Assembly (NCBI RefSeq): GCF_030684315.1 | Contig: NC_081382.1 | Location: forward strand, 16,846,592 to 16,910,591 | DNA: 64,000 nucleotides | Origin: Stegostoma tigrinum | Taxonomy: Eukaryota | Direction of reading: 5' to 3' | Part shown: positions 39,108 through 51,507 of the stretch, in pieces | Position numbering within the stretch: position 1 is the stretch's first letter | How the letters are laid out: every line of letters begins with the position of its first letter | Position numbers and translations under genes: made by a program | The notes under the pieces: model-generated | The model's input: only the letters and a program-made list of their open reading frames with translations | Database searches by the model: none | Told to the model about the DNA's origin: nothing

Positions 39108-41820
39108 GTATTTTGATTTATATATTTTCTGCTTTCCTATTTTTCTCACAGAAATGAACAGCTCATCCTTTGGTGGCTTTGTATTTTTTAATTGAATAAT
39201 ATACCTCCAGTTTTTAAACTGATTTCTTTTACAGGTTATGTGTTGAAAAGAAGAATGACATAACATCTCACTCAAATCGCTCACTGATTCTATCATTTGT
39301 ATTTATAGGAAATGGTCTCATCGGTTGTGGCAATCTTCAAATATTTTTAGATAGTGAAATGCATGAATTGTTTTCTTCACTCGTTTGCAACAATTAAATA
39401 TCTAAGCACAATAATGGAGAAAACATCTAATTCTGCATCAGCAGAGAATCACTTTACTACTGACTTTGAATTTTTTTTGAAGGCTTGTTGCCTGAAGAGA
39501 TCGTGAGCACATGTGTCTGCCAAAATAGCAAACCATCTTGTGTTGATGCACCTGGTTTGGCATGGTCCCGGTCTATTTTCTCATGGGCTTTGATAACCTT
39601 TTCCCATTGTAGGGCTGCCATCTTTTACCAAAAGCAAGAAGATGGGGTAATGGTTAGCTTTTCAATCCCTTTGTTGCATTAGAAAGGTGTTAAAACTTTG
39701 AATCAATATAGCCTCAGTGAAACACAAAAGTGGAATATGGGCTTTAATTTAAAATACGCAAATTTGGCTTTTTTTCAGGTCAAATTTTCTAGACATCACT
39801 TAAATTCTGATAGATGCCCCCCACCCAATTTAAGAGGACAAAGTAACTATTTAACTATTAAGCTTGTATTTATAACATCTAACAGACCTACTGACCAAAG
39901 TGCCATAATTGTGATGTACAATGTTTCAAATACCAACTAACTGTTCATTATTGGCATTTCCATAATCTTATTTCCTCTTTCTAGCTTTCCATATCATGGA
40001 GCAACATAAATATTAATATCAAGATAATTAAGTCTAGTTATTTCTATGTCTGTCATTGCAAACTGTAGAAATGTGTACCTGTGTGAAACATATAATTTGT
40101 AAAACATTGTTCTTGCTGTGACAGCAGACTGAAGTATCTGATTGCAATGGTTTGTGATATAAATGACATAGAATGTCCTTCCTTAAGCCAAATCCAAATC
40201 TATTTTCAATCCTCCTTCATGTGAATAAAAATATAACTAATATGAGTTACCTTGGTTAAGAAATATTGATAGGTCTGTAGTTCAAAGAAGGATCCATGAA
40301 ATAAAATGCATCTGTTTGCTAATATGCTTTAATTGAACTTTAATTATGTAGACCTATATTGCCTTACTACAAAAGCTGTTACTTTCATAACAGATCCACA
40401 TAGTTTGAATAAATGACAGGGCCTGTAATGATAGATATGCACCATACAAAGCCTAACTCCTGTTGATTTCCTACATAAATAAAACATATTGCTAGCTTTA
40501 TACATTGCACTGAACCAATGTGCAATTTAATTATTCGTTTACCTTTTCCAATTCTCTAACAAATATTTCAGTGATTAACAACCTGCCCCTAGATAATAAC
40601 TACTACTTTTCCTCCCTCCACACTACCTTCCTTTGCCAAGGTTTTTGAAAATCAATGGTCATTGATATATATTTTAACTGATGCCAGTCGCACTGGGATA
40701 TCCAACCTAGTGGCAAGCTAAAATGATCAGGAAATTATTTAACCACAAAAATATCACAATGAAACAGATTCTACACTTCCCCAATGTTAAAACAATTCCA
40801 AATATGTGGAAATTAAATCCCGTAAAATACCCACGTTCTCCCGTAGCTCCACAAAATGCTAAATAATCACTGCACTCTTACAGTTGAATAATTACTTAAG
40901 CTACCAGCTCATGTTGAGTGCTAACTTCTTAAGTCAACTTACAACTCAAGAAATACACTTCATTCCTTTATATTCTGCAGCTCTACTTTTTTGGAAAGAC
41001 ATTGACTTTTGATGACTGAATTTCACACCCAACACAGACATCCATCCAATTCACATTCATTAGAGAAGGTAGACTAGATGTTTCTGTTGGAGAAAGCAGA
41101 TAAATCCTTAACAAGTTCAAATGACAGCCTTTTGGCTGTTGTTTCAAAATAACCATTAATATGTGAGCTCTGCTAAAACAGATAATCTATATGAATGTAT
41201 TAAATGTTTATTCAGTAATATTGCCACACTATTTTCTCAATTAATATATATCTGGTCTTAACGGTAAAACAATGACATGGCATATTTATGTTATATATTT
41301 ACCTTTAAATGAGGGAAATAGTTTGTCCATATTTTAAGGTTCTCACACATTAAAACTTTGATGTTTGCGTTTTGCATTTTGATTATGATTCAATAATAAT
41401 TTGTCTGCAAAAAACATAGTTTTCATCTTAATGCTAAGAAAATATATGTCTGAATGAATTGCTTCTGGTTTTGAAGCTCGTTATACTTCTGTTATCATGT
41501 GATGCATTTTCACAAAATCAAAAAACAGCATTTGATCTTATTCATTAGTTGCAATGTTACAACTTTCAAAGAGCTCAGGTCACTTCTATTTATATTTAAC
41601 AATCGAGTTTTATTGAGTTCAGAAAATTGTATCATTTTAAGAATCTTTCTTCTGAGCACACCGATTTCATCAGCAGCACCAAATATCAATGTTTTAACAT
41701 CAGATGTGTTGAGCTGTAAGATCCAGTTAATGCTGAAATGTGTAGATTGCAATTTGGAAGGCATTGTTGATTTCAGATGTACTGAATGTTTTCTTTCATC
41801 CAATTATTTCCTTTCCTCAG

Positions 41821-42090
41821 CGACTGAACTCAAACTTAGCAACCTAATGATTTCCAATATTACTTCAGATGGTTTCATTGTCTCTTGGACAGCCAATGGC
41901 ACCTTTGAAAGCTTTGTAGTAGATGTAACAGATCCTAACAGGATCTTCGAAACCTCGGAGCTCATTGTCCCAGGCAACCATCGTTCTATTGGCATCTCAA
42001 AGCTGTTAGCCAGCACTGATTATGTCATTTACCTCTCTGGCCTTTATCAAGGACAGCAAACTCAAACGCTTAGTGCATTTGCTACAACAG
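41821..42090 (+). CDS. TNC: Variable-region exon V6: FNIII, B/AD2-like (270 nt)
   Basis: tttcctcag|CGACT...ACAG|gtattt. Encodes ATELKLSNLMISNITSDGFIVSW...STDYVIYLSGLYQGQQTQTLSAFATT. Confidence 0.92.
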
Positions 42091-43142
42091 GTATTTGTGT
42101 TGCAGTTGGAGTTTTTTAGCTGTCAATTGAAATACATGATTCTTTTCGAAACTTGTTTTTATAATGCAATTGCTTGTTGATCTTAATGAAACATAAAATG
42201 TACTTTAATTATAATTTGGATTTTCTCTTATTAATTTTAATCTTATTAAGCTTAATGATGGTTTAGTTACCAATAGTTCTTACATGTGCTCCTAAAATTT
42301 GGATAGCAAAACTATTCACTAGTTTCAATAATATGTTTCTTTCCAGATTAAAAAAAATCAGGAATAAGGCTTTATCATTCAGATTTAACACAAAAAGAGC
42401 AGTGTGCTATATATAGCTACTGCAAAAACCTACTCCAAATAGTAGCTACCATGTGAAGATTTGTTGTTTCTTTGTTACATGTCAAAAGATCATGCATGTA
42501 TCTTTGAATACAATTTATCATTTTTGATGTTCTTTATAATTAGAGAAAATAGTATGCCACCACAGTTCAAACTTCCAGCTCACAACCAAAACTATGTTAA
42601 CATACATTCTTGCATGCAGTAAAATTGTCGGTGAAACAATAAGATTGTATATTCCTTACAAAGGAGTAACCACAGGAATTTTGTGTAGTTTTTTAATTTG
42701 CAGAAGTTAAACAAAATATCATATAATTCAGCTGAGCAATGCAGGCACATCATTCATTTAATTGTGCAGTGTTGATTGAAGCTAGAAATAGCCTTCAAAG
42801 TTAACATTAAAAGCATATTTTAAAGATCTTTGCAGAATCATGAAGTTAATCCTTAATGATCTTAAACAATACGGCAATGGGGTTATTGTCAAGGAGTTTG
42901 AGAGATGATATGGATTTCTCAAGTAGTGTAGTTATTTCTTAAATTGAAATTTCATATCACAGTACAAATTACCTGGTCTCAGTAGACAAGAGCAGGACAA
43001 TCTAAAGACATGTGACTTATTGGATATGTGGCAAGCATCTTCTGAATTTTAGGCTATGTCACTTGATTCTGAGCTAATCTGTACTCTTTTGTTGTGTTGC
43101 TTTAAAAGTGCTGAAGTTTTATTTCCAAAACAATCCTTATAG

Positions 43143-43415
43143 AGGCAGAACCTGAAGTGGGCAACCTAGTGGTTTCAGACATTACCTCAAACAGCTTCAG
43201 CCTCTCTTGGACGGGAATGGACGAGGCATTTGAAAGCTTTGTCATTGAACTTATAGATTCTGACAGGTTCACAGAGCCACTGGAGTACACAATACCGGGC
43301 AACGTGCAAACCACCCAACTCTCCAACCTCATAGCTGGCACTAATTATGTGATTTATTTCTATGGTCTTGTCAATGGCCGACGTACAATTCCTGCAACTA
43401 CTGTTGTATTGACAG
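43143..43415 (+). CDS. TNC: Variable-region exon V7: FNIII, B/AD2-like (273 nt)
   Basis: ccttatag|AGGCA...ACAG|gtactt. Encodes EAEPEVGNLVVSDITSNSFSLSWTGMDEAFESFVIELIDSDRFTEPLEY... Confidence 0.92.
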
Positions 43416-43849
43416 GTACTTGTTATTTTTATAAAATCCTTTCTGCTCTCAAATTTCATATAACAATGCCATACAAAGGCTTGGCAAAATTAGGCACTTT
43501 TTTTGACTTGTTTTGATTTTGGCATTTATTTTCCATTTGCTAACAGGTTCTTTCAATGATATTTTTCATTGTAATAACAAAAGGAAAACTCTCTGATTGC
43601 TCTAATCTTAACAAAGTCCTCACATCGTTTATAGTTTGCCAGTTGGGACTTTTGCAATGATTTGTGGCTTGCTATAAAACGCTATAATTTGCTGGACCAT
43701 GGCTTTTCACAGCATGCCCCATTAGCTAGGACTTTTCCCTCCCTCTTCAGCACAAATAAATAGTTTTTATTCACTTGTAGGATGTCGACTTGCTGGCTAG
43801 CAGAAGGTGGTGGTGAGCTGCCCTTTTAAACTATGCACCATATAATATT

Positions 43850-44040
43850 AGTGATAACACAGTGAGGAGCTGAAGGAACACAGCCGGCCAGGCAGCGTCA
43901 GAGGAGCAGGAAAGCGGACGTTTCAGGTCGGGACCCTTCTTCAGAAATCTCTGAAAATTTCTGAAGAGGGGTCCTGACCCAAATTGTCAGCTTTCCTGCT
44001 CATCACTGTTATCACTGAGTCCAGCATTGGCAGTTCTTAC
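43850..44040 (+). repeat. Palindromic Penelope-terminus-derived element with two head-to-head hammerhead-like motifs
   Basis: 14-bp TSD CACCATATA(A/T)TATT (43836-43849, 44041-44054). The minus strand reads CTGAAGA-A-GGGTC-CC-GACCT-GAAA-CG-TC. Confidence 0.8.
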
Positions 44041-44769
44041 CACCATATATTATTACCAGCTTATACTGTCAGTATAGTATTAAGGTCACTGGAGCATCTA
44101 TGAATATCAGAACTGACCATCTACATCATGAAGCAAGAAGACTGAGAAGGGAATGGCAGAGAAGAAATTGGGTGAATTTGACTAAAAGTTGGCACAGGAA
44201 GAGAAATGAAGACAGGGATTGGGTTAAAAGAGGACTGAAAGGAAAAGTAAAAATAAATGAAACAGCACAGATTCATTACACTTTCTGGGCTAGATACTTG
44301 GACTTAAGAGTTACAAGAAGAAGCAGAACAATGAGATTGAGAAACCTATCAACCATGATCAAATGGCAGAGCAGATCAGATGGGCAGCATGGCCTAATTC
44401 TGCTCTTGCACATTATGGCCTTATAGACTGGTTTTACAGGAACATAAGTCTGGTCCAAATATTCTGATATTCACTGGCACCCTATCCACCTGTCACCTTG
44501 GCCCCCACCCCACAACAGAGAGCCTAACCCCTTAATTTTCAGCTGGTGACGTGGAGCTCAGTTCTAATGTCACACAGTATGAACATAGTGGCAATTCCGT
44601 GGAATATCATGACCATTAGTAACAGGATCCTTGCATAGTTACGTAACAGAACTGACATCCAGAAGTAAGCTTATTTCACCACAATGCACAAATAAATACA
44701 TTTCTAAAATTTTTAATGGAAATTTTCAGCATAAGGTGCCATTTTCACAGAGGAAATGGCAGACCACTC

Positions 44770-45030
44770 AAGTCATAAAGTCCCTACAGAGTGGAAGCAG
44801 GTCATTCAGCCCATACCAACCCTCTGAATTGCGTCCCACCCAGATTAACCCTGGTAACGCTGCATTTTCCAACAGCTAATCCACCTACATTGCACATCTT
44901 TGGACTGTGGGAGAAAACCTGTATAGACACAAGGAGAATGTGCAAATTCCACACAGACAGTGGCCCAAGGGTAAAATTGAACCTGGGTTCCTGCTGCTGT
45001 GAGGCAGCAGTGCTCGCCCCTGTGCCACCC
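44770..45030 (-). mobile_element. tRNA-derived SINE (HE1/V-SINE-like)
   Basis: Same head and core as 6720-7013 on the reverse strand. Confidence 0.75.
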
Positions 45031-45307
45031 TAAGTTGTAAATCAATTTGTGTGATTCACAACTTAAGGTAGTGCTTCCTCACCACAAACTGATCAACAAC
45101 TTCCACATGAATAACAACAGCACATTAACTTATCATTTTCCCAGCAAATTCTGGCACATAATCTTCAGCTTTGAATAAAATTTCCAAAATGCTTTTATAT
45201 CTGAAGATTTCTTACGATAAGCATGCAGTAGCATGTTCTGCATATTGGGCTGAATTAGCACCAGAGGTTGTAGCTCCTTTGTGTGGGGCACTCATCAATA
45301 ATACTGT

Positions 45308-45506
45308 CAATACAGTGTGGAGCTGGGGGAATGCAGCAGGTCAGGCAGTATCACAAGATCAGGAAAGTTAATGCTTCTATTCAGGGCTCTTCATCAGGAT
45401 CCCAATCCGAAATGTCAACTTTCCTGTTCCTCTGACCTGCTGTGTTCCTCCAGCTCCACACTCTACTGATTCTGACTTTCAGCATCTGCAGTTCATGCTG
45501 TCTCCT
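45308..45506 (+). repeat. Palindromic Penelope-terminus-derived element (older copy)
   Basis: AGTGTGGAGCTGG...CCAGCTCCACACT arms and tail CAGCATCTGCAGTT; AATACTGT direct repeat on both sides. Confidence 0.7.
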
Positions 45507-45576
45507 ATCAATACTGTGTCTGTGTAATTGTTTCAAGGCATGCTTTATCTAAATAAAAACATGATTGCATGTATAG

Positions 45577-47258
45577 GCCCTCCGCTTCTTCCCGCACCGC
45601 AGACCCGACCAGATCCCCTTCACCGACACCCTCATCTGCCTAGCCGAACTTGTCCTCACCCTCAACAACTTCTCTTTTGATTCCTCCCACTTCCTACAGA
45701 CAAAGCGGGTGGCCATGGGTACCCGCATGGGCCCAAGCTATGCCTGCCTCTTTGTAGGTTATGCGCTAACAGTCCCTCTTTCGCACCTACACCGGCACTA
45801 AACCCCACCTCTTCCTCCACTACATTGATGACTGTATCGGCACCGCCTCTTGCTCCCCAGAGGAGCTCGAACAGTTCATCCACTTCACCAACATCTTCCA
45901 CCCCAACCTTAAGTTCACCTGGGCCATCTCCAACACATCCCTCACCTTCTTGAACCCTTCTGTCTCCATCTCAGGCTACCACCTATAAACCGATATCCAT
46001 TTCAAGCCCACCAACTCCAACAGCTACCTAGAATACACCTCCTCCCACCCACCTTCCTGCAAAAATTCCATCCCCTATTCCCAATTCCTTCACCTCCACC
46101 GCATCTGCTCCCAGGATAAGGCATTCCACTCCCATACATCCCAGATGTCCTCGTTCTTCAAGGACCGCAACTTGCCCCCGCAGTGGTCGAGAATGCCCTT
46201 GACCATGTCTCCAGCATTTCCCACACCTCATCCCTCACACCCTGCCCCCGCAATAACCGCCAAAAGAGAATCCCCCGAGTCCTCACATACCACCCTACCA
46301 ACCTCCAGATACAACGCATCATCCTCCGACACTTCCGCCATCTACAATCTGACCCCACCACTAAAGACATTTTTCCAACCCCAGCCTTGTCTGCCTTCCA
46401 GAAAGACCACTCTCTCCGCAACTCCCTTGTCTGCTCCACACTCCCCTCCAACCCCACCACACCCAGCTCTTTCCCCTGCAACTGCAGGAAGTTCTACACT
46501 TACCCCCGCACCACCTCCCTCACCCCCATCCCAAGCCCCAAGATGACTTTCCACATCAAGCAGATGTTCACCTGCACACCTTCCAATGTGGAATACTGTA
46601 TCCACTGTACCCATTATGGCTTCCTCTACATTGGGGAAACAAAGCGGAAGCTTTGGGACCTCTTTGCAGAAGACCTCCGCTCGGTTCGCAATAAACAACT
46701 GCACCTCCCAGTCGCAAACCATTTCAACTACCCCTCCCATTCCTCTGACAACATGTCCATCCTGGGCCTCCTGCAGTGCCATAATGATGTCACCCGTAGG
46801 TTGCAGGAACAGCAACTCATATTCCGCTTGGGAATCCTGCAGCCCAATGATATCAATGTGGACTTCACAAGCTTCAAAATCTCCCCTCCCCTCACTGCAT
46901 TCTAAAACCAGACCAGCTCGACCTCACCTCCCTAACCTGTTTTTCGTCTCACCTATCCCCTCCTTCCACCTCAAGCCGCACCTCCATTTCCTACCTACTA
47001 ACCTCATCCTACTTCCTTGACCTGTCCGTCCTCCCCGGACTGACCTATCCCCGCCCTGCCTCCCCACCCATACTCTCCTCTCCATCTGTCTTCTCCTCTA
47101 TCCATCTTTGGTCTGCCTCCTCCTCTGTCCCTATTTATTTCAGAATCCTCTCCCCTTCCCCATTTTCTAATGAAGGGTCTAGGCCCAAAATGTCAGCTTT
47201 TGAGCTCCTAAGTTGCTGCTTGGCCTGCTGTGTTCATCCAGCTCCACCCTTTGTTGTC
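45577..47258 (+). mobile_element. 5'-truncated Penelope-like element (RT + GIY-YIG endonuclease + terminal repeat)
   Basis: FLQTKRVAMGTRMGPSYACLF, YIDD (45821-45832), FTCTPSNVEYCIHC...LYIGET and LIFRLGILQP. Pyrimidine-rich 3' UTR, a few frameshifts, and TSD TTGCATGTA(T/C)AG (45565-45576, 47259-47270). Confidence 0.9.
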
Positions 47259-48149
47259 TTGCATGTACAGTATTGTAGCATTCATATTTACTAAGGACTA
47301 ATTCTAAATACCCTTTCATATTACTTTGCTGATGGAAGCTATTACATGTCTGTCTCATGTGAAATGGCTACTGTACTTAACATGGAAACCATTTTTGCTT
47401 CAATTCTACACTTGTCTTCCGAAAGGTCCGTATGAAACTGTAGGCTATCGCTGTGTTTTGGTAGCTGCTGACTTAAGTTCTGCTGAGCAAAGGATTTTTT
47501 TTTAATGTTGGTTTTCATTTCCAGCTTGGATTAATAACTGTGAGCAGATAACATGCCAGGGTATTTCACATATATGATGAACTCTGCTCAGCTGTTCTGA
47601 TGTGTGCCAAGGTTATGAGTATGAGTCTCACAAAATGGTAACACAAGTGTGGAAATAAGTTATTACAGACAAGGGCTAAAAGTAACAGTATTTGGCCTTT
47701 TTTGAGGAAAATCTAGAATGCATTCCTTGGACTTATTAAGAATTTCAATAGTGATTACGGGCTACTTATTATCTGGCATTAGAAATAGTTACAGTTGAAC
47801 ATTTACCATTGTAAATATATTTTATCCAAAAATATTTACATAGAATTAGCAGCATCAGTAGGCCAATCAGCTCCTCAAGCTTTCTCCGTCATCTTTCAGG
47901 ATCACTACTGGTATGATTCTGACCTCAACTTTCCTCGTTATCCCTTTCAACTCCCTTGTCAATCAAGGATCTACTTAACTCTGTCTTTAAAAATATTTAA
48001 TGACGCTGCCTCCAATGCTCTCTGGTGAAGAGAATTCTACAAAGCCACAACCTTCTGAGAAGAAAACAATGATCTCAACTCGGTTTTAGTCGGAAAAGCC
48101 TTCTTTTTAAATTGTGTCACCTAGTTCCAGTTTCTCAGTCAAGGATAAA

Positions 48150-48680
48150 GGTGTGTGGGCCCCAAAGTTATTGAACCGAATATGCATCCTGAAGGCTGCA
48201 GAGTTCCCAAGTTCAGTGCAAGCATCTCATTTTCAACTTGGAGAGTCTACAGCCTTCAGGAGCCAAGATTGAGTTCAATAATTTTAGTGTCTGAGCACCT
48301 TCTCCCACATCCTTTCTCCATCCCCCATTAACCAGGCCTTGCTATCAACATGAGTTGCTGCGACAACGATCCCATGATCAACTACTAGCAGTCCCCATGA
48401 GCAGTTATTCATTCTCCCAGGCTGACTTTTACCTATCCCTTTGTCTGTTTGTTTCTCTCTCTGGGCCCTATCTCCACCTATTGTTTTCTCCTCCCACTTC
48501 CCCTCACTCCATCTTCTGCATAAATACCAACCTTCTTATAGCTACAATCAGTTCTGGGGTTACTGGACCCAAAACATTAACTCTGCTTTCTCTCCATAGA
48601 TGCTGCAAGATCTGCTGAGTTTTCCCAGCAATTTTTGTTTTTGTTTCTGATTTCTCGCATCTGTAGTTTTTAGGTTTTTC
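48150..48680 (+). mobile_element. 3' fragment of a second Penelope-like family, nested within minus-strand CR1 remnants (~47820-49260)
   Basis: HLIFNLESLQPSGAKIEFNNF resembles the GIY-YIG C-terminus. It is preceded by a short inverted piece (CCTGAAGGCTGCAGAGTTCCCAAG versus CTTGGAGAGTCTACAGCCTTCAGG) and ends in the family-2 terminal repeat. Confidence 0.65.
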
Positions 48681-48937
48681 TGCACTCACAGGTATTACTT
48701 TGAGGAGCTGCAACAATGTCAAGCCTGGAAATGGGGTTACGGTGAGAAATTTGCCTTGTGTCTTCTCCATAATTTGTCAGACCTACCTTTTGTATCATCG
48801 GCAAAATTTAGCATCTCTGGTTCCTTCATTCAAGTCATTGAAATGGATTTTAAATTGTTAAGACCCTAGACTTGGCTCCCAGGGGACTCCACTAATTTCA
48901 TACTGCTAAATCAACAATGGACCCTTTATAATGACTC

Positions 48938-49094
48938 AGAGATAGTAAGAACTGCCGATGCTGGAGTCAGAGAAAACAGTTGTGGAGCTGGAAGAGTACA
49001 GCAGGCCAGGCAGAATCAGAGGAGCAGGAAAGTTGACATCTCAGGTCTGACGCAAAACGTCAACTTTCCTGCTCCTTTGACACTGCCTGGCCTA
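48938..49094 (-). repeat. Palindromic Penelope-terminus-derived element
   Basis: GGAGCAGGAAAGTTGAC...GTCAACTTTCCTGCTCC arms; 13-bp TSD TTTATAA(T/C)GACTC. Confidence 0.75.
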
Positions 49095-51234
49095 TTTATA
49101 ACGACTCCCTGCTCCTTGCTAGCCTTCCAACCCTCTATCACATACTAATACATTACCCTCTATTCCACAAGAATAGTCCACAGCACATAGTCAAATATCT
49201 TCTGGAAATTCAAGTATAGCACACCTAAAGATTTCCTTCCTTGAACTTGTTTGGTAATTTTCTCAAAAGAACCTGATTTCAAAGCATGATTGTTCAGTAG
49301 AATTGACTAATTAAATGACAGTTGGAAAATCAGAACTCCAGATTTGTTCAACAGATGCACTAATTTGCTAGCTATCTAGAAAATAGTGATGATCACAAAT
49401 TTGTGAAGTGATAAGGCCAGTACAATGCATGAATGATGTCTTCTCACAGTTATTTGCATTATTAATAATCTTGTTTCATCGATTTTGAGCTTTGCCTGTA
49501 GAAATGCAGCTTTATTTTGCTTTAATTGCATCCCAGTTTATAGCTGCAGAAACATGTTTCTCTTTGTTTCGTGTAGCGGTAGTGATTTGTAGCGTGCTGA
49601 AGTCTTTTTAGTGTGTTGCAGATTGCTGAGGGCAATAAAAGATAATTAGCTTAACATGAATTTCTGTCTTGGAAAATGCTGAGAGAGGTCTCTGCATTTT
49701 TTTACTTACATATTTTTGAGGTGAGTTTTACGATCCTTTCTTGATGCAGCAAATCCGAATCTACTGTGTGCATAACGGGGAAGGAGAAAACTGTAAAGGC
49801 TGGAAATCAGAAAAGTGTAGACAAATGGGTCAGCATCTGAAAATGAAAGATGGTTTAACATTCTGAAAGTAATTCCTTGTCAGAATGTGCTACTGCCTCT
49901 GACATTAAGGTCAAGCAGCATGTTAAAAACGGAAAACATTGCTTTGTTTGCAGAGATAGCAATAGATTCTAGCTCAGATTGTGACATTTATTCAACCCAG
50001 TTACTGGTAAAGCTAAGTAGAGTAAGTCTGGTGCTTAGTGAACTCCACATGTTGTCAAATCCCACGTCATAACAAATGTCCATTCTTTTGCTTTGAAATA
50101 TTTATTCTGTAATGGTAAGGTTAATGCAAAGATAATTCACAATTCCTTTTAGGAGTGGATTCAAATTCTGAATGATGGGGATATTTGTCTATACGGTTTG
50201 AATAATGGTGAGTTTGTAGTTTATGTTTATATATTATAAAGCATCAAACAAGATACCCCCCAAAAAAATTAAAACATTTTAAAAATCAGTTGCTAAACAT
50301 TTAATAAAGATTTTGAGCTCTGGAAATTATGAATTAGTATAAAATAAAGAACTGCAGATGCTGGAAATCTGAAACAAAAGCAGAAATTGCTGGAGAAATG
50401 CAACAGGTCTGGTAGCACCTGTGGAGAGAAAGCAGAGTTAACATTTCAAGTCCAGTTCTGTAGAAGGGTCACTGGCCTCAAAACATTAATTTTGAATTAA
50501 TATTTCACCCCAAGATTTCAAAGTGGATTTGGGAATCTCACAAAAACTGTGAAAACCTGCTGAAACAAAAAGAAAGCCCAGGGCAAATGAGTTCTAGAGT
50601 CAGAACCTTCTGGCCTGTTATACTCACTGAATAGTATTTTGTGGTTGCTTAGCTACTAAACCCATGTTAATTAGAAACACAGAATACCCTTCACCAAAAA
50701 TAACTGAGGAATCGTTTTTAAACAGGTTTTGAGCTTTTGTAAAGCAGCTAATTCAGTTTTATTGCCTTAGCAATCCAGGCAGCTTTCATTTTACTACATT
50801 GCTCAGGAAACTGGCAAATAAATGAACAATTCCATTCACCAGCACATACTTTATAGTTTTCTTTCCAGTTTAATCATTTCCTTCTGTTTATTGCAGAAGA
50901 GATGATATGTATTGCCTTTCTGACAAACATTCTGTTGCGTATCTATTAAGATTAGAACTTGTCTCCATGACTGGTTATCAAATACCATAACAAAGTGATT
51001 TATTTTGTACACTTGCTCAGCGAATGGCAATTTTCCAACAGGGGATAATATCTTCACTAAGGTGCATTGCTGTTACTGAATGGTTTGGCTGCCTGTATTT
51101 GTGTAAAATATAATAAGCACCACCTTGAAGCTATAATTCTGAATTTACCAAGCAATCATATTTGCTCTGAAGTGAGCTTTTGACCCAATAAGTATGACTG
51201 AAATAAATATTTCCATGAATCTTCCTTCCTTTAG

Positions 51235-51507
51235 AAGAAGAAGCTGAACTTGGCAACCTAGTTGTTTCAGATATTACCTCAGAAGGCTTCACGCTCTCTT
51301 GGACAGCAGAAGATGAGGCATTTGATTATTTTATCATAGATGTTAGAGACTTTGACAGCTCGCTTGATCCAATACAGCAAGTTCTATCAGGGAAAACACG
51401 AACTACTGACATCTCAGGTCTAGTAGAAGGCACTGGATACCAAATTAATGTCACTGGCGTAATTCGAGGCTGGCACTCACAACCTCTCACTGCTCTCACC
51501 ACTACAG
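51235..51507 (+). CDS. TNC: Variable-region exon V8: FNIII, AD1-like (273 nt); missed by the ORF track
   Basis: cttccttcctttag|AAGAA...ACAG|gtactg. Encodes EEEAELGNLVVSDITSEGFTLSWTAEDEAFDYFIIDVRDFDSSLDPIQQVLSGKTRTTDISGLVEGTGYQINVTGVIRGWHSQPLTALTTT. Confidence 0.92.

Noticed and set aside
41499-41820. 107-codon open frame upstream of exon V6, making the 206-aa ORF
   Set aside because: Composition is intron-like (AT-rich, F/L/I/C) and it ends in a strong pyrimidine tract plus AG at 41820; most likely a chance open frame.
45662-47020. Several overlapping ORFs on both strands
   Set aside because: Alternative frames of the C-rich Penelope element; only the RT/GIY-YIG frame has recognisable motifs.
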